Positions 25,892-37,297 are shown, counted from the stretch's first letter. The stretch is 64,000 bases of DNA from an uncultured Oscillospiraceae bacterium (GCA_900553955.1 USFO01000001.1:7530-71529), one strand, 5' to 3'. Made by a program: numbers and translations. Notes: generated by a model from the letters alone, not told the origin.

Positions 25892-28800
25892 TTATCCGCG
25901 TTTCTTTTTGCCAAGAATTACTGCCGCAGCAGCAAGAACGGCAACAGCTGCAAAGCCGTTCGGTGCGGGTGCGCCGGTTTCGGGGTTGTTTTCGCCCTTG
26001 TTCTTGTCGCCGCCGATGACGATGTGAATGGTCTGGCTGTTATCGGACAGGCGCGGAATTTCCATTCTCTGCTCAAGGTTGCAAACCTTGCAGTAGCGAA
26101 CCTTTTCGCCCGCTTCGGTTCCGGTGGGCTGCTTTACTATAATCCATTCGCCGAACTGATGAGGTACGACGGGGCTTGCTTTACCCTTTTCGATAAGCTC
26201 GCCGCAGGACTTGCAGTAGGTATCGCCGGTGTAGCCGCTCTCGGTGCAGGTTGCGGCTTTGGCGTTTTTAAGCTCGGTTTCGCCTACATGGTTCTTGGGG
26301 TCCTTGGGGGTTACAATTGTTGTGACTTCGTTCTTTGCGTCCTTATCGGAGTAAAGCTTCTTGCAAACAGTGCATTCCCAATACTCGATGCTGCCCTCCG
26401 CAATGCAGGTGGCTGCTTTTGCGGCATGGTGAACGAGCTTGTGACCGAGAGCCGGAGTATCGACGGTCTTAATCTGCTTTTCAAAGCCGTAGATATTGGC
26501 GCCGAATTCTGCGGTGAACTCAACCTTGCCCTTTTCGGTGCAGGTCGCCTCTTTGAGAGTCTTGGAGGTGACTCTTGCATCTTCGGTGTGAACATGGCTG
26601 TTGTCGTTCTCACAGACTACCTTTCCGGTGAGGGTGCTGTTGTTTGCGCTCCACTCGTAGGTGGGCTTGCCCCACTTATGGCCGATTGCCGGGATTTCAA
26701 CGGTCTTTTCGGCCGCTGCGAACTTGGTAAAGGTTGCAACGAACTTGCCCTCGCCTTTTACTTCGCAGGTTGCCGCTTTAACAACGCTGTAAACGGTGTT
26801 TACGGTTTCGGTTTCAGTGTGGCTCGGATCGCGTTTGCAGGTATGCTTTGCGGTAGCTTCGCTGTTATTGCTGTTCCATGTGTACTCGGTTTCGCCCCAG
26901 TCATGACCGAGAACCGCATTTTCAACTACGGCAGTCTGAGTGGTGAAGCCATATTCATTCTCGCCAAACTCTGCGGTGTAGGTAACCTTGCCCGGAGTGG
27001 TGCAGGTTGCGTTCTCGGTTACGGCGGTGGAGTTCACCGTTTCAGTGTGAACATGGTTTTTGTCGTTCTCGCAGACTACCTTTCCGGTGAGAGTGCTGTG
27101 ATCTGCGCTCCACTCATAGGTGGGCTTGCCCCACTTATGACCGGTCGCCGGGATTTCAACAGTCTTTTCGGTCGCCGCGAACTTGGTGAAGGTTGCCACG
27201 AACTTGCCCTCGCCCTTTACTTCGCAGGTAGCTTCTTTAACTACGCTGTAAACAGCGTCAACGGTTTCGGTTTCGGTCTCGTTCGGGTGCTGTGCGCAGG
27301 AATGAGTTGCGGTTACAGTATTGTTGTCAGCGTTCCAAGTATAGGTGGTTTCGCCCCATTCGTGAGCCTGCCATGCAAGGATGGGATAGCCGCTGTTGAT
27401 GTTCTGCTTATCCATGCGGAAGCTTGCGCCAAGAAGGTCAACCATAGCGGAAGCTTTGAGTTCGGATTCGGTCTTTTCGGTGCCGAAGCCGGTGTTAGCT
27501 GCAAGGCTGTGGCAGCCTTTGAGGTAATAGCAGTTTACAACTGCAGATTCCTTAGTGGTGTCGGAAATTGCGCCGCTTCTGGCTGCGCCGGTTACTTTGC
27601 CGACGTTGTAGCAGTTGGTTATCTGCGGACCTTTGCTCTGCTGAGAGCAAGAGTTAGAGATACCGGAAGCAATTCCGTTCTGGGAAGTTGCAGTAATATT
27701 GCCAACATTGTAGCAATCGGTAATGGTTACGCTTTCAAGCAGCGGGTTCGCAAGGATGCCTGCCACTCTGGAGAAGCCGGTTACTTCAACTGCGGTGAAA
27801 CACTGGCTGATTTTGGTATTCTCATAAGAGAACGCTACCAATCCAGCGGTATATTCTTTGCCGCCGGTAGTTGTTACGCTACCCTTTACGCCAAGTTTGG
27901 TGATAGTTGCAGCTCTTACGGTTCCAAAGAGTGCTTGTCTGCCGTTTGCATTGTTAATATAAAGGTCGCTGATAACATGACCGTTTCCGTCGAATTCGCC
28001 GCTAAACTCCTGATAGTCGTCGCCGATAGGAGTCCAGTTGTAACCGCCGAGGGAAATATCGTTCATCAGCTTTACTTTGCTGATTGCGGTGCCTTTGTTT
28101 ACCTCCGCAGCAATCCATGCAAGCTCTGCGCCGGTTCTTACTTCGTAAACGCCGTCAGCATTGGGGGTTACTTCTGTAGTGGTCTTGCCGTCCCAGATGG
28201 AGGCATCGCCCTTAGTAAGGTTTACAGTAACGGTTTTGCCTGCTGCATCCGCATCAGTAAGAGTGAACTTGCCGTGAGCAGCGACATATCCGTTTGCAAC
28301 TACATCATAGCTGTAATCGCCGATGTTTGCGTTATAAGTTCCGTCTTCGTTCGCTGCAACAACAGCGCCGGTGCCGTCATAAAGGGTTACGACTGCGTTT
28401 GCAGGAGTGCAAACGAATGTTACCTTGATGTCAACAATGGATTTTACGGGAATTGTGATCTCCGGGAGCACGTCTCTTACGTGGTTAGTGGAAACAGCGC
28501 TGAAGTTTGCGCCAACGCCGTTATCAGTAAGAATTCTGTGTCCGCCGAGAGGAGAATCGGTGCCCATAACGTTGAATTTTACATTACCGCCGGAAAGGAC
28601 AACATCGCCTGCACTCTTAGCGGTAAAGATGTATCTGTTGGTGCTGATAAAGTCATACTGACCGCCGCTTGCACTCTTAAATTCAGCGTTATCGGAAAGA
28701 GTATAAGAAACTTTGTGTCCCTGACCAAATCCGGGGTTGTAAATACCGGAGAATTTGGAGATAGGCTGATAAAGTCCATGGAATACAAGTTTGATATCGT

Positions 28801-31201
28801 CGCCCACATAGGCTACATCGCCGCCGCGGGTTACGTTTTCAACGGTGTAAGTCACTTTTGCGGCTCTTACTACCTGATATACGGTCTTGCCGTTCGCAGT
28901 GAACTTCAGAATGTTGTTACCGGTGGCAAGTCCTGCTGCGGTAAAACTGCCGTCTGCATTTTTGCCGACGTTTTTCCAACTTCTGCCCTTATCGGTAGAG
29001 AACTGAACAGTGGGTTCTGCGTCGTCAAGAGTTGCGTTGAAGGAGAAGGCTGCCGCATTGGTAAGGGTATAAACCGTGTCGTACTCGGTATCCCAAATAT
29101 CTTTTGAGCCAACAGCTTTCATGGTAAGTCCGCTGTTATCGCCGCCTACATTGATAACAATAAGGCTGGTACGCTGAGGATCAGTTGCGCCATAAGTGCC
29201 AGAATAGCTGGTGCTGCCGCCGATTTCGATAGCGTCATATCTGACTTCGAGGATGGTAAGACCTTCGGAAACACCTTCAATATCCATCCAGTTGGTCTGT
29301 TCGCCAACGCCGGCGTTACCGGTGCAGCGGTTGGTCGCAGGGGTCATCTTGATATGCTCGCCGCCGGAAATTACGGTGTAGTGGAAATCCGGCTCGATCA
29401 TAATGTTCGCGGTATCACTGTTGATAATCTGCCATGCGCCGCGGTATGCACGGAGTCTGAAGGTTTCACCAACGCCGAGGGAAAGGTTGTTCTGTCCGTT
29501 GACGTTTACCATGGTGCTGCCTTCCATACGCCCTTTAAGGTAGGTGCTGGTAACATTATTTTCTGTGCTTTCGGGGTCTTCATTTTCCGCAAACGTTACG
29601 GTAATGTTCTTATTTCTGCCGCTATCAAAATAGCCGGCTCTGGTTATTTTGCCTTCCATGGAAACGCGGTAGGTAAGGTTGCTGCTGACTGCACGAAGTG
29701 TATGTGTAACAGTTCCATCCTCGTTTTCGGTAGTGGAAGAAACGGGCATTTCTTCAACATTGAAATTCTTAATCTGGCTGAAGAATTTTACGGTTGCGCC
29801 CTTGGGTGCAGTTACAGTGTAATTAACAAGAGAGTTAAGAATGAAGGTCTTCTCTATTGTTTTGCTGGAACCTTCGCCGAAAGTGTTGTTGATGGAAAGT
29901 GCAACGCCATAAGTTTTGGAAAGCTCCTCGTTAAGAGTGATTTTCCAGTTATAAAGCAGTGCATTGCCGTGTGCGAAAAGAAGAGTAGGAGTCATGACGA
30001 AATCGTCGTAACCGTCGTTGTAGATGTACTGAGCACCGGTAACAACGCTCTTCATTTTGCCGGGCATAATGTCGATGGAGTAATCGCCGACTTTCTGCAC
30101 CTTGGGGTTCTCGGTGTAGTAGTTGACTCTTACAAGGGTCATCTTCTGCTCGCTGTGAATCGGCTTGCCGTCCGCGCCGATTTCTACGCTGATAGGTGCT
30201 TCAAAGGTCATTCCGCCGAGGTCGTGGTTGTCCTCGGTATCAACCGCGCGGTAGGAATACATACCGGAAGGAACGGTGATTTCGTAAACATGGTAATTGC
30301 CGCTTACGCCTTTATCAACAACCTTGTCGGCTGCAAGGGCGTTCTGTGCGTCCTCGTCGCTGTAGAAGGTTACGTTGACAGTAGAAGGAGCAACGTTCAC
30401 GGTGATGGTGTATTGTTCATCCCCGGTTGCCGGGAAAGTATAGCCGCAGTGAACGCATTTGCCGTCGCTGCCTCTGGTGCAGGCTTCCTCGCCGGTGCTG
30501 ATAACATAGTCGCACTTTGCACATTTTACGGTTTTGGTGTGATTGCCGTCGTTTTTGGAAACATAGGTGGTATGTTCCTCGTCTCCGGCGCAGGCTTCCT
30601 CGCTGGTGCTGATAACTTCGCCGCACTTTTTGCAGGTAACGGTTACGGTGTGGTTACCGTCGCCCTTTGCGGTGTAGGAAGTTTCGGTTTCGGTGCCGAC
30701 GTGGTCGCACTCCTTGGCAGGGAAAACAGTAACAACAGTTTCTTTTACCTCGCCTTCAGGAATGTCTACATCAGCGGTTGCACCGCCAAAAATCTTTGTT
30801 CCGAACTTTGCTTCTGTTTTTGCTGCTATATCTTCTTTTGCAGTAAATACAACAGTCGCAATAGTTTCGCCCGCTGCAACAGCGCCCTTCATGTTCATAT
30901 TGGTAAGGCCAATCTGAAGATAGCTGCCGTTTTCATCGGTCATGGTGTCTTTTCTTACTGTAATGTCGCTGTTATTAGAAGCAACAGACTTTACAGTAAA
31001 CAAATCTGCGTTGAAGTAAAGCCTTGTTTCAAGAGCGATAAGCCCTGAATACGCTTCATCAACAGTGACATCAATTGTAACATCCTCGCCAGCCTTCACG
31101 GTGGAAGGAGTGACGGTGGGAGTTGCATTTATTGCAAAGGCAGAAATTCCGGTGCTGCACACCATAATAACTGCAAGCAATAAAGAAATCAGTTTTTTCA
31201 T
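25892..31201 (-). CDS. giant (1769 aa) cell-wall-anchored surface protein with a cohesin-like N-terminal module, GLUG-motif region, Cys-rich tandem repeats and an NPETG sorting signal
   Basis: RBS aaggagg. Signal peptide MKKLISLLLAVIMVCSTGISAFA. Cohesin-like beta-sandwich pattern at residues ~25-170. GLUG-like repeats (RQALFG, TAGLVAF, VAGILAN). C-terminus NPETG + hydrophobic span + KKKRG. Confidence 0.8.
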   Translation of the reverse strand: MKKLISLLLAVIMVCSTGISAFAINATPTVTPSTVKAGEDVTIDVTVDEAYSGLIALETRLYFNADLFTVKSVASNNSDITVRKDTMTDENGSYLQIGLTNMNMKGAVAAGETIATVVFTAKEDIAAKTEAKFGTKIFGGATADVDIPEGEVKETVVTVFPAKECDHVGTETETSYTAKGDGNHTVTVTCKKCGEVISTSEEACAGDEEHTTYVSKNDGNHTKTVKCAKCDYVISTGEEACTRGSDGKCVHCGYTFPATGDEQYTITVNVAPSTVNVTFYSDEDAQNALAADKVVDKGVSGNYHVYEITVPSGMYSYRAVDTEDNHDLGGMTFEAPISVEIGADGKPIHSEQKMTLVRVNYYTENPKVQKVGDYSIDIMPGKMKSVVTGAQYIYNDGYDDFVMTPTLLFAHGNALLYNWKITLNEELSKTYGVALSINNTFGEGSSKTIEKTFILNSLVNYTVTAPKGATVKFFSQIKNFNVEEMPVSSTTENEDGTVTHTLRAVSSNLTYRVSMEGKITRAGYFDSGRNKNITVTFAENEDPESTENNVTSTYLKGRMEGSTMVNVNGQNNLSLGVGETFRLRAYRGAWQIINSDTANIMIEPDFHYTVISGGEHIKMTPATNRCTGNAGVGEQTNWMDIEGVSEGLTILEVRYDAIEIGGSTSYSGTYGATDPQRTSLIVINVGGDNSGLTMKAVGSKDIWDTEYDTVYTLTNAAAFSFNATLDDAEPTVQFSTDKGRSWKNVGKNADGSFTAAGLATGNNILKFTANGKTVYQVVRAAKVTYTVENVTRGGDVAYVGDDIKLVFHGLYQPISKFSGIYNPGFGQGHKVSYTLSDNAEFKSASGGQYDFISTNRYIFTAKSAGDVVLSGGNVKFNVMGTDSPLGGHRILTDNGVGANFSAVSTNHVRDVLPEITIPVKSIVDIKVTFVCTPANAVVTLYDGTGAVVAANEDGTYNANIGDYSYDVVANGYVAAHGKFTLTDADAAGKTVTVNLTKGDASIWDGKTTTEVTPNADGVYEVRTGAELAWIAAEVNKGTAISKVKLMNDISLGGYNWTPIGDDYQEFSGEFDGNGHVISDLYINNANGRQALFGTVRAATITKLGVKGSVTTTGGKEYTAGLVAFSYENTKISQCFTAVEVTGFSRVAGILANPLLESVTITDCYNVGNITATSQNGIASGISNSCSQQSKGPQITNCYNVGKVTGAARSGAISDTTKESAVVNCYYLKGCHSLAANTGFGTEKTESELKASAMVDLLGASFRMDKQNINSGYPILAWQAHEWGETTYTWNADNNTVTATHSCAQHPNETETETVDAVYSVVKEATCEVKGEGKFVATFTKFAATEKTVEIPATGHKWGKPTYEWSADHSTLTGKVVCENDKNHVHTETVNSTAVTENATCTTPGKVTYTAEFGENEYGFTTQTAVVENAVLGHDWGETEYTWNSNNSEATAKHTCKRDPSHTETETVNTVYSVVKAATCEVKGEGKFVATFTKFAAAEKTVEIPAIGHKWGKPTYEWSANNSTLTGKVVCENDNSHVHTEDARVTSKTLKEATCTEKGKVEFTAEFGANIYGFEKQIKTVDTPALGHKLVHHAAKAATCIAEGSIEYWECTVCKKLYSDKDAKNEVTTIVTPKDPKNHVGETELKNAKAATCTESGYTGDTYCKSCGELIEKGKASPVVPHQFGEWIIVKQPTGTEAGEKVRYCKVCNLEQRMEIPRLSDNSQTIHIVIGGDKNKGENNPETGAPAPNGFAAVAVLAAAAVILGKKKRG
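26435..27364 (-). repeat. two tandem ~470-bp intragenic repeats (~90% nt identity) encoding ~155-aa Cys-containing modules
   Basis: DNA around 26620-26880 and 27040-27300 is near-identical. The protein repeats run HEWGETTYTWN...AVLG and HDWGETEYTWN...ALGHK. Confidence 0.7.
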
Positions 31202-31219
31202 TTCTTTTGCCAGACCTCC

Positions 31220-32341
31220 TTAATTTTCAGCCTTGAATTTATCTATAAGACCGTTATAATACTTTATCATATCTATAACGTCAAAAAGATTGACTTTTCC
31301 GTCACCGGTAACGTCTGCGGCTTTCAACTGCTCGTCAGAAAGTGCATTTCCGGTTCCGTTATAATGTCTTATCATCGCGATTATGTCAAACAGGTTTACC
31401 TTACCATCACCTGTCAAATCGCCGTAAACAACATTACCGCTGCCGCCCTCTACAACAACCTTGCAATATGCCGGAGAAGAAACAATCTCTTCCTCATATT
31501 CAACGCCAAGCTCGCCGTAAGCCCAAAGGTAGTAAACGCCGCCTTTGTCAAAAGTGATCTTCGCTTTGCCGTTTGCATCGGTGATTACGGTTTGTGCGCT
31601 TTCCTCATCATAAAGCTCCTTGCCGTAATATATCTTGCTGTTTGCGGAGGGCGTACCTACACCGGTAGTTCCTTGATCTATGTTGCCAAAAATCCTTGTG
31701 TAGCTTATTTCCAAGGGTTCGCCGGCTTTTGCCGCATACTCGTGAGTTATGTTGCCTTTTTCATCAAGGAAATAGTGGAAGCCCGCCGCCGGGTCAGAGT
31801 AAAAGCTCCAGCTTTCATACATGGTAACATCGATAAAATCCCCATCGTTAAGCGCAATTACATCTGCGGTTGCGCCCATGTTCGGACCAAGGGTCGGGTC
31901 CATGGGATAATCGCCGTTTACATAGTAGAGCAGGTTTTCATCATGTCCCCAAAACCCATATTTCATATACATACTATGGGGGCTTCCCTCGATTTGCAGT
32001 TCTCTTGCCGTTCCGTGATAGTATTTATTAAGAACATAAAGATAAAGTTGAAGCACCGTAATATCGTACTTTCCGTTCTTGTCCTCATCGTGATAATACT
32101 CCTGAAGATTATAGTCTTCAAGCTTTATATTGCGAAGCTCGGCAAGGTTAACCGGAACATACGCCATAATCGTGCCTGCGTCAACGCCGTCGCTGACAAC
32201 ATACCTATCATCCTTGCTTATGGATATGTAAGCGGTTCCATTTACCTCCTCATATTCATACTCCTCCGCGGCAAGCACCGTTACAGGAAGCACTCCAACC
32301 GCCATAATTACGGCGAGAATGAGTGCCAATAATTTTTTCAT
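31220..32341 (-). CDS. secreted dockerin-containing protein (N-terminal module of unknown function plus C-terminal type-I dockerin)
   Basis: Signal peptide MKKLLALILAVIMAVGVLPVTVLA. Two Ca-binding dockerin repeats: GDLTGDGKVNLFDIIAMIRHY and ADVTGDGKVNLFDVIDMIKYY. 18-nt spacing to the downstream giant gene. Confidence 0.75.
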   Translation of the reverse strand: MKKLLALILAVIMAVGVLPVTVLAAEEYEYEEVNGTAYISISKDDRYVVSDGVDAGTIMAYVPVNLAELRNIKLEDYNLQEYYHDEDKNGKYDITVLQLYLYVLNKYYHGTARELQIEGSPHSMYMKYGFWGHDENLLYYVNGDYPMDPTLGPNMGATADVIALNDGDFIDVTMYESWSFYSDPAAGFHYFLDEKGNITHEYAAKAGEPLEISYTRIFGNIDQGTTGVGTPSANSKIYYGKELYDEESAQTVITDANGKAKITFDKGGVYYLWAYGELGVEYEEEIVSSPAYCKVVVEGGSGNVVYGDLTGDGKVNLFDIIAMIRHYNGTGNALSDEQLKAADVTGDGKVNLFDVIDMIKYYNGLIDKFKAEN

Positions 32342-32730
32342 TGTCCCCCTTCTTTCGTTCGGAATTGTGAATGCACAAAAAATGCCTTGCTCAAATAAAT
32401 CCTTCGGAATTTACTTAAGCAAAGCATTTTCCACGGCATACTGCCGATACGGTATGATACATGCTCAACAATAAGTCTCCTAGCTATGCTTCAACGCAAT
32501 TCCCTCGCCTTCTCACGGCTTTTACCGCAATGACACAAATGAGGGATTGCTCCGCAATACAGTTGCCTCTTTGAAATCTCAAAGAGCCAGTGCGCTCGCC
32601 CAAAACAGGCTCTCTTTTCGCGCGTTCCTCTGGATTATAGATAAGTATTTTTTCGCACATTCGTACATTTATATAATACTGCATTTCATCGTTTTTTGCA
32701 ATAGCTTTAGCGCTTTTTTTAATACTGTGA

Positions 32731-32766
32731 ACAAAAAAGGCAAGCTCTGCAGCTTGCCTTTTTTAT
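32731..32766 (-). terminator. intrinsic terminator downstream of tuf
   Basis: Palindrome ggcaagct ctgc agcttgcc flanked by A/T runs. Confidence 0.7.
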
Positions 32767-32782
32767 CCGATTAAACTCGAAA

Positions 32783-33988
32783 TTATTCGTTGATTTCGAT
32801 AACAACACCGGAACCGACGGTTCTGCCGCCTTCACGGATAGCGAAGCGGAGACCTTTTTCGATTGCGATAGGCTCGATAAGTTCAACATCCATCTCGACG
32901 TTATCGCCGGGCATGCACATCTCGGTGCCTTCGGGAAGGGTGATAACACCGGTAACGTCAGTGGTTCTGAAGAAGAACTGAGGACGATAGTTGTTGAAGA
33001 AAGGAGTATGACGGCCACCTTCGTCTTTCTTGAGGACGTAAACCTGTCCGCGGAAAGCTTTGTGAGGATGGATGGAGCCGGGTTTGGAAAGAACCTGACC
33101 ACGTTTTACTTCAGTTCTCTGGATGGAACGGAGAAGAGCACCGATGTTGTCGCCTGCCTCGCCATAGTCGAGGATCTTGTGGAACATTTCTACGCCGGTA
33201 ACAACGGTTTTCTTTTTCTCTTCGCTAAGGCCAACGATTTCAACTTCGTCGCCGGTTTTAACCTGACCACGCTCTACACGGCCGGTAACAACAGTGCCAC
33301 GACCGGTGATGGTGAAGATGTCTTCGATAGGCATAAGGAAAGGAAGGTCAGCTTTACGCTCAGGAGTAGGAATGTAAGAGTCAACAGCGTCAAGAAGAGC
33401 CTGGATGGGCTTGTAGCACTCTGCATCAGGATCGTTGCTGGTGTCTTCGAGGCAAGCAAGAGCGGAGCCTGCGATAACAGGGGTTTCGTCGCCGGGATAT
33501 CCGTACTCGGTAAGAAGCTCACGAACTTCCATCTCTACGAGCTCGAGCATTTCGGTATCGCCGTTGAGCTGGTCAACTTTGTTAAGGAATACTACGATGT
33601 AGGGAACACCTACCTGACGGGAAAGAAGGATGTGCTCACGGGTCTGAGGCATAGGACCATCAGCAGCGGAAACTACGAGGATGGTACCATCCATCTGTGC
33701 AGCACCGGTGATCATGTTCTTGATGTAGTCGGCATGTCCGGGGCAGTCAACGTGAGCATAGTGACGGTTTGCAGTCTCATACTCAACGTGTGCGGTGTTA
33801 ATCGTGATACCACGAGCTTTTTCTTCAGGAGCTTTGTCGATTGCGTCATATGCCTCGTACTGTGCCCAACCTTTAAGGCTGAGGTACTTGGTGATGGCAG
33901 CAGTCAGAGTGGTTTTACCATGGTCGATATGGCCGATGGTGCCGATATTAACATGGGGTTTGGTTCTCTCAAAATGTTGTTTTGCCAT
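32783..33988 (-). CDS. tuf: elongation factor Tu
   Basis: [32 protein letters not shown]... Confidence 0.97.
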   Translation of the reverse strand: MAKQHFERTKPHVNIGTIGHIDHGKTTLTAAITKYLSLKGWAQYEAYDAIDKAPEEKARGITINTAHVEYETANRHYAHVDCPGHADYIKNMITGAAQMDGTILVVSAADGPMPQTREHILLSRQVGVPYIVVFLNKVDQLNGDTEMLELVEMEVRELLTEYGYPGDETPVIAGSALACLEDTSNDPDAECYKPIQALLDAVDSYIPTPERKADLPFLMPIEDIFTITGRGTVVTGRVERGQVKTGDEVEIVGLSEEKKKTVVTGVEMFHKILDYGEAGDNIGALLRSIQRTEVKRGQVLSKPGSIHPHKAFRGQVYVLKKDEGGRHTPFFNNYRPQFFFRTTDVTGVITLPEGTEMCMPGDNVEMDVELIEPIAIEKGLRFAIREGGRTVGSGVVIEINE

Positions 33989-34126
33989 TTAAGATTGTCC
34001 TCCTTACAGTTAAATTCTTTCTTTTTTTATTTCTGGGCTATTACATACTATTTTATACTAAAACAAAAATTTTGCAAGCTGAAAAGCGGCATTATTTTTG
34101 CTTTTGACAAAATATTTTTCCATTGC

Positions 34127-36196
34127 TTATCTATTTTTAATAATCTCTTCAGCAATGGACTTCGGAACTTCAACATAATGGCTGGGTTCCATAACATACT
34201 GTCCGCGTCCTTGGGTTTTGGAACGAAGGTCGCTTGCATAACCGAACATTTCGGAAAGCGGAACATATGCTTTGATTTCTTTTGCGCCGTAGTTATCATC
34301 CATACCGCGGATCTGGCCACGTCTGGAAGAAAGGTCACCCATAACATCGCCCATGTATTCCTCGGGGAATGTTACGGTTACGTTCATGATCGGCTCAAGC
34401 AGAACGGGATCTGCTTTTCTCATAGCTTCCTTGAATGCCATAGAACCGGCAATGGTAAATGCCATTTCGGAAGAGTCGACCTCGTGGTAAGAACCGTCGT
34501 AAAGAGTAACCTTTACGTCAACAACGGGATAACCCGCGAGGACACCGGCATTAAGAGCACCCTGGATACCTTTGTTAACAGGCTCAATGTACTCTTTCGG
34601 GATTGCGCCACCAACAACTGCGTTGATGAACTCGTAGCCCTTGCCGCTTTCGTTCGGTTCGACCTTAATTTTAACATGACCGTACTGACCTTTACCGCCG
34701 GACTGACGGGCATATTTGGTTTCCTGGTCAACAGCCTTTCTGATAGTCTCTTTATAAGCAACCTGAGGTTTACCGACGTTTGCTTCTACCTTAAATTCAC
34801 GAAGAAGACGGTCAACGATGATTTCGAGGTGAAGCTCACCCATACCAGCGATGATGGTCTGTCCGGTTTCTTTATCGGTATAAGCTTTGAAGGTAGGATC
34901 TTCTTCAGCAAGCTTTGCAAGAGCAATAGCCATTTTCTCCTGGCCTGCCTTGGTCTTCGGTTCGATTGCAAGGTCGATAACAGGCTCCGGGAACTCCATT
35001 TTTTCAAGCTCGATAGGAGCTTTGGGGTCGCAAAGGGTATCGCCGGTGGTAGTGTACTTAAGACCTACCGCCGCTGCGATATCGCCGCAGTAGCAGATAT
35101 CAAGATCTTTTCTGTGGTTTGCGTGCATCTGAAGGATGCGGCCTATTCTTTCGTTCTTATCCTTGGTGGAGTTGAGAACGGTGGAACCGGCTTCAACAAT
35201 ACCGGAATAAACTCTGAAGAAGCAGAGTTTTCCGACGAACGGGTCGGCAGCAATCTTGAATGCAAGCGCTGCAAGAGGCTCGTCATCACCGGGCTTGCGT
35301 TCGACTTCTTCTCCGGTGTGGAAATCAACGCCTCTTACAGGCGGGATGTCAAGAGGAGAAGGCATATAGTCAACAATAGCATCGAGCAGCTTTTGAACGC
35401 CTTTGTTGCGGTAAGAAGTGCCGCAGCATACGGGAACGAAATCGTTGTCGATGGTGCCTTTTCTGATGGCGGCTTTGAGTTCGCCAATGGTGAGCTCTTC
35501 GCCGTCAAGGTATTTCATCATAAGCTCTTCGTCAACTTCCGCAGCGGTTTCAACAAGCTTTTCGCGATATTCTTCGCAAAGATCCTTCATATTGTCCGGA
35601 ACGTCAGTAACTTCAATGTTCGTGCCAAGATCGTCAAGATAATAATAAGCTTTCATTTCAAGAAGGTCAACAAGACCTTTGAAATCGGATTCAGCTCCGA
35701 TAGGAAGCTGAATTACCAGCGGAACAGCTTTAAGTCTGGTCTTGACCATATCTACGACATGGAAGAAGTTCGCACCCATGATATCCATCTTGTTGACGTA
35801 AATCATGCGCGGTACTTTATATTTGTTTGCCTGACGCCATACGGTTTCAGACTGGGGTTCTACGCCGCCTTTTGCGCAGAGAACGGTTACAGAACCGTCA
35901 AGCACGCGGAGAGATCTTTCAACCTCAACAGTAAAGTCTACGTGTCCGGGAGTATCGATGATGTTGATACGGTGGCCGTTCCAATATGCGGTGGTTGCGG
36001 CGGAGGTGATGGTAATACCTCTTTCCTGCTCCTGAACCATCCAGTCCATGGTGGCGCTGCCATCGTGAGTTTCACCGATTTTGTAGTTAACACCGGTATA
36101 GTAAAGTATGCGTTCGGTTGTGGTAGTCTTTCCTGCGTCGATGTGAGCCATGATACCGATATTTCGGGTCATCTCAAGTGAAACATCTCTTGCCAT
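34127..36196 (-). CDS. fusA: elongation factor G
   Basis: [35 protein letters not shown]... Confidence 0.97.
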   Translation of the reverse strand: MARDVSLEMTRNIGIMAHIDAGKTTTTERILYYTGVNYKIGETHDGSATMDWMVQEQERGITITSAATTAYWNGHRINIIDTPGHVDFTVEVERSLRVLDGSVTVLCAKGGVEPQSETVWRQANKYKVPRMIYVNKMDIMGANFFHVVDMVKTRLKAVPLVIQLPIGAESDFKGLVDLLEMKAYYYLDDLGTNIEVTDVPDNMKDLCEEYREKLVETAAEVDEELMMKYLDGEELTIGELKAAIRKGTIDNDFVPVCCGTSYRNKGVQKLLDAIVDYMPSPLDIPPVRGVDFHTGEEVERKPGDDEPLAALAFKIAADPFVGKLCFFRVYSGIVEAGSTVLNSTKDKNERIGRILQMHANHRKDLDICYCGDIAAAVGLKYTTTGDTLCDPKAPIELEKMEFPEPVIDLAIEPKTKAGQEKMAIALAKLAEEDPTFKAYTDKETGQTIIAGMGELHLEIIVDRLLREFKVEANVGKPQVAYKETIRKAVDQETKYARQSGGKGQYGHVKIKVEPNESGKGYEFINAVVGGAIPKEYIEPVNKGIQGALNAGVLAGYPVVDVKVTLYDGSYHEVDSSEMAFTIAGSMAFKEAMRKADPVLLEPIMNVTVTFPEEYMGDVMGDLSSRRGQIRGMDDNYGAKEIKAYVPLSEMFGYASDLRSKTQGRGQYVMEPSHYVEVPKSIAEEIIKNR

Positions 36197-36246
36197 AAAA
36201 ACTCCTTAATAAATGCAAAAATAAATAACAAACAGATTAAAAAGAA

Positions 36247-36717
36247 TTACCATCTGAAGTGTGCAAATGCCTTGTTGGCATCGGCCATTCTGTGGGTTTC
36301 TTCCTTCTTCTTAACAGCACCGCCGGTGCTGTTCATTGCGTCCATAATTTCGCCTGCAAGACGCTCCTTCATGGTGCGCTCGTTACGAGTTCTGGAGAAG
36401 TTGGTGAGCCAGCGGAGACCAAGGGTCTCACGGCGCTCAGGTCTGACCTCAAGCGGTACCTGGTAGTTTGCACCACCGACACGGCGGGTCTTACATTCGA
36501 GAACGGGCATGATGTTTTCGAGAGCTTCCTCAAAAGCTTCAAGTCCGTTTTTGCCGGTTTTCTCGGTTACGATGTCAAATGCACCGTAAACGATTTTCTG
36601 TGCAACACCTTTCTTACCGTCAAGCATGATGTTGTTGATAAGACGGGTTACCATTTTGGAATTATAAACAGGATCCGGCAATACGTCACGTTTTGCAATA
36701 TTTCCTCTTCTTGGCAC
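36247..36717 (-). CDS. rpsG: 30S ribosomal protein S7
   Basis: GTG start ([18 protein letters not shown]...) preceded by RBS aaggaggg. 156 aa. Confidence 0.9.
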   Translation of the reverse strand: MPRRGNIAKRDVLPDPVYNSKMVTRLINNIMLDGKKGVAQKIVYGAFDIVTEKTGKNGLEAFEEALENIMPVLECKTRRVGGANYQVPLEVRPERRETLGLRWLTNFSRTRNERTMKERLAGEIMDAMNSTGGAVKKKEETHRMADANKAFAHFRW

Positions 36718-36871
36718 TTTTCTTCCCTCCTTCATAAATAATAATGAATTCACAGGTACTCGAAAGCGACAAACCTCCGTTGTGCCCAAAAGGGGATGAA
36801 TAATTATATCATCGCACCGTTATGGGCGCTTATTCACTAATTTTTCAAATTAGGAAACCGGAAATTTGCTC

Positions 36872-37297
36872 TTACTTCTTTGCACCAGCCTTCGGACGCT
36901 TTGCACCGTATTTGGAACGGGCCTGCATCCTCTTTGCGACGCCCTGAGCATCAAGGGTTCCGCGGACAATGTGGTAACGAACACCAGGAAGGTCCTTTAC
37001 ACGGCCGCCTCTGATAAGAACGACGCTGTGCTCCTGAAGGTTGTGGCCGATACCGGGAATGTAAGAGGTAACTTCCATTCCGTTGCTCAGACGTACTCTG
37101 GCGATTTTACGAAGAGCAGAGTTCGGCTTCTTCGGGGTCGCGGTACGGATAGCGGTGCAAACGCCACGCTTCTGCGGGCTGTGCTGGTCAATGGCAACCT
37201 TTTTCTTGGAGTTCCAACCTCTCAGCAAAGCCGGAGCGGTGGATTTGGTCTCAAGATCATGTCTTCCGTTGTGAACGAGCTGGTTAAAAGTAGGCAT
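36872..37297 (-). CDS. rpsL: 30S ribosomal protein S12
   Basis: [28 protein letters not shown]... conserved S12. Confidence 0.95.
   Translation of the reverse strand: MPTFNQLVHNGRHDLETKSTAPALLRGWNSKKKVAIDQHSPQKRGVCTAIRTATPKKPNSALRKIARVRLSNGMEVTSYIPGIGHNLQEHSVVLIRGGRVKDLPGVRYHIVRGTLDAQGVAKRMQARSKYGAKRPKAGAKK

Noticed and set aside
26024-29107. 1027-aa plus-strand ORF
   Set aside because: It is antisense to the giant surface-protein gene, and its Gly/Ala/Val-rich composition is a mirror artefact of the sense strand.
33008-36181. 1057-aa plus-strand ORF
   Set aside because: It is antisense to tuf and fusA, which are unambiguous.
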